Shown here: one piece after another, positions 61,189 to 64,000 of the stretch | Position numbering within the stretch: position 1 is the stretch's first letter | Layout: each line of letters starts with the position of its first letter | Assembly: GCF_009914755.1 (NCBI RefSeq) | Contig: NC_060929.1 | Source of the DNA: the human T2T-CHM13v2.0 reference genome, Homo sapiens | Direction: 5' to 3' (one strand) | Length of the DNA: 64,000 bases | Notes under the pieces: generated by a model | Database searches by the model: none | What the model saw: the letters and a program-made list of their open reading frames with translations, nothing else | What the model was told of the DNA's origin: nothing | Program-made: the position numbers and the translations under genes

Positions 61189-64000
<2,812 letters not shown>

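Overview
This is hominid (almost certainly human) genomic DNA, not prokaryotic: it is Alu-dense and carries a full-length SVA. It contains the CpG-island promoter and first three coding exons (BTB/POZ domain) of ZNF131 on the + strand; the zinc-finger exons lie beyond the window. Most of the rest is interspersed repeat: SVA, ERV1 internal sequence and LTRs, LTR12, MLT1/MST, L1, L2/MIR, and MER85, Tigger4, MER5 and MER58 DNA transposons. The main unexplained signal is upstream of ZNF131 (about 11-30 kb), where the non-repeat islands between Alus look like a decayed, mixed-orientation array of ANXA2R (C5orf39)-like single-exon paralogues. One copy is clear, one is good, and about six are weak. 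Other notable items are an SVA 3' transduction, Alu pairs sharing private variants (gene conversion or fold-back), a short EEF1B2 retrocopy split by an Alu, a small templated LTR insertion, and a uORF whose stop ends exactly at a splice donor. Reference protein and repeat-consensus comparisons are from memory and were not computed; repeat boundaries are approximate unless TSDs are cited.
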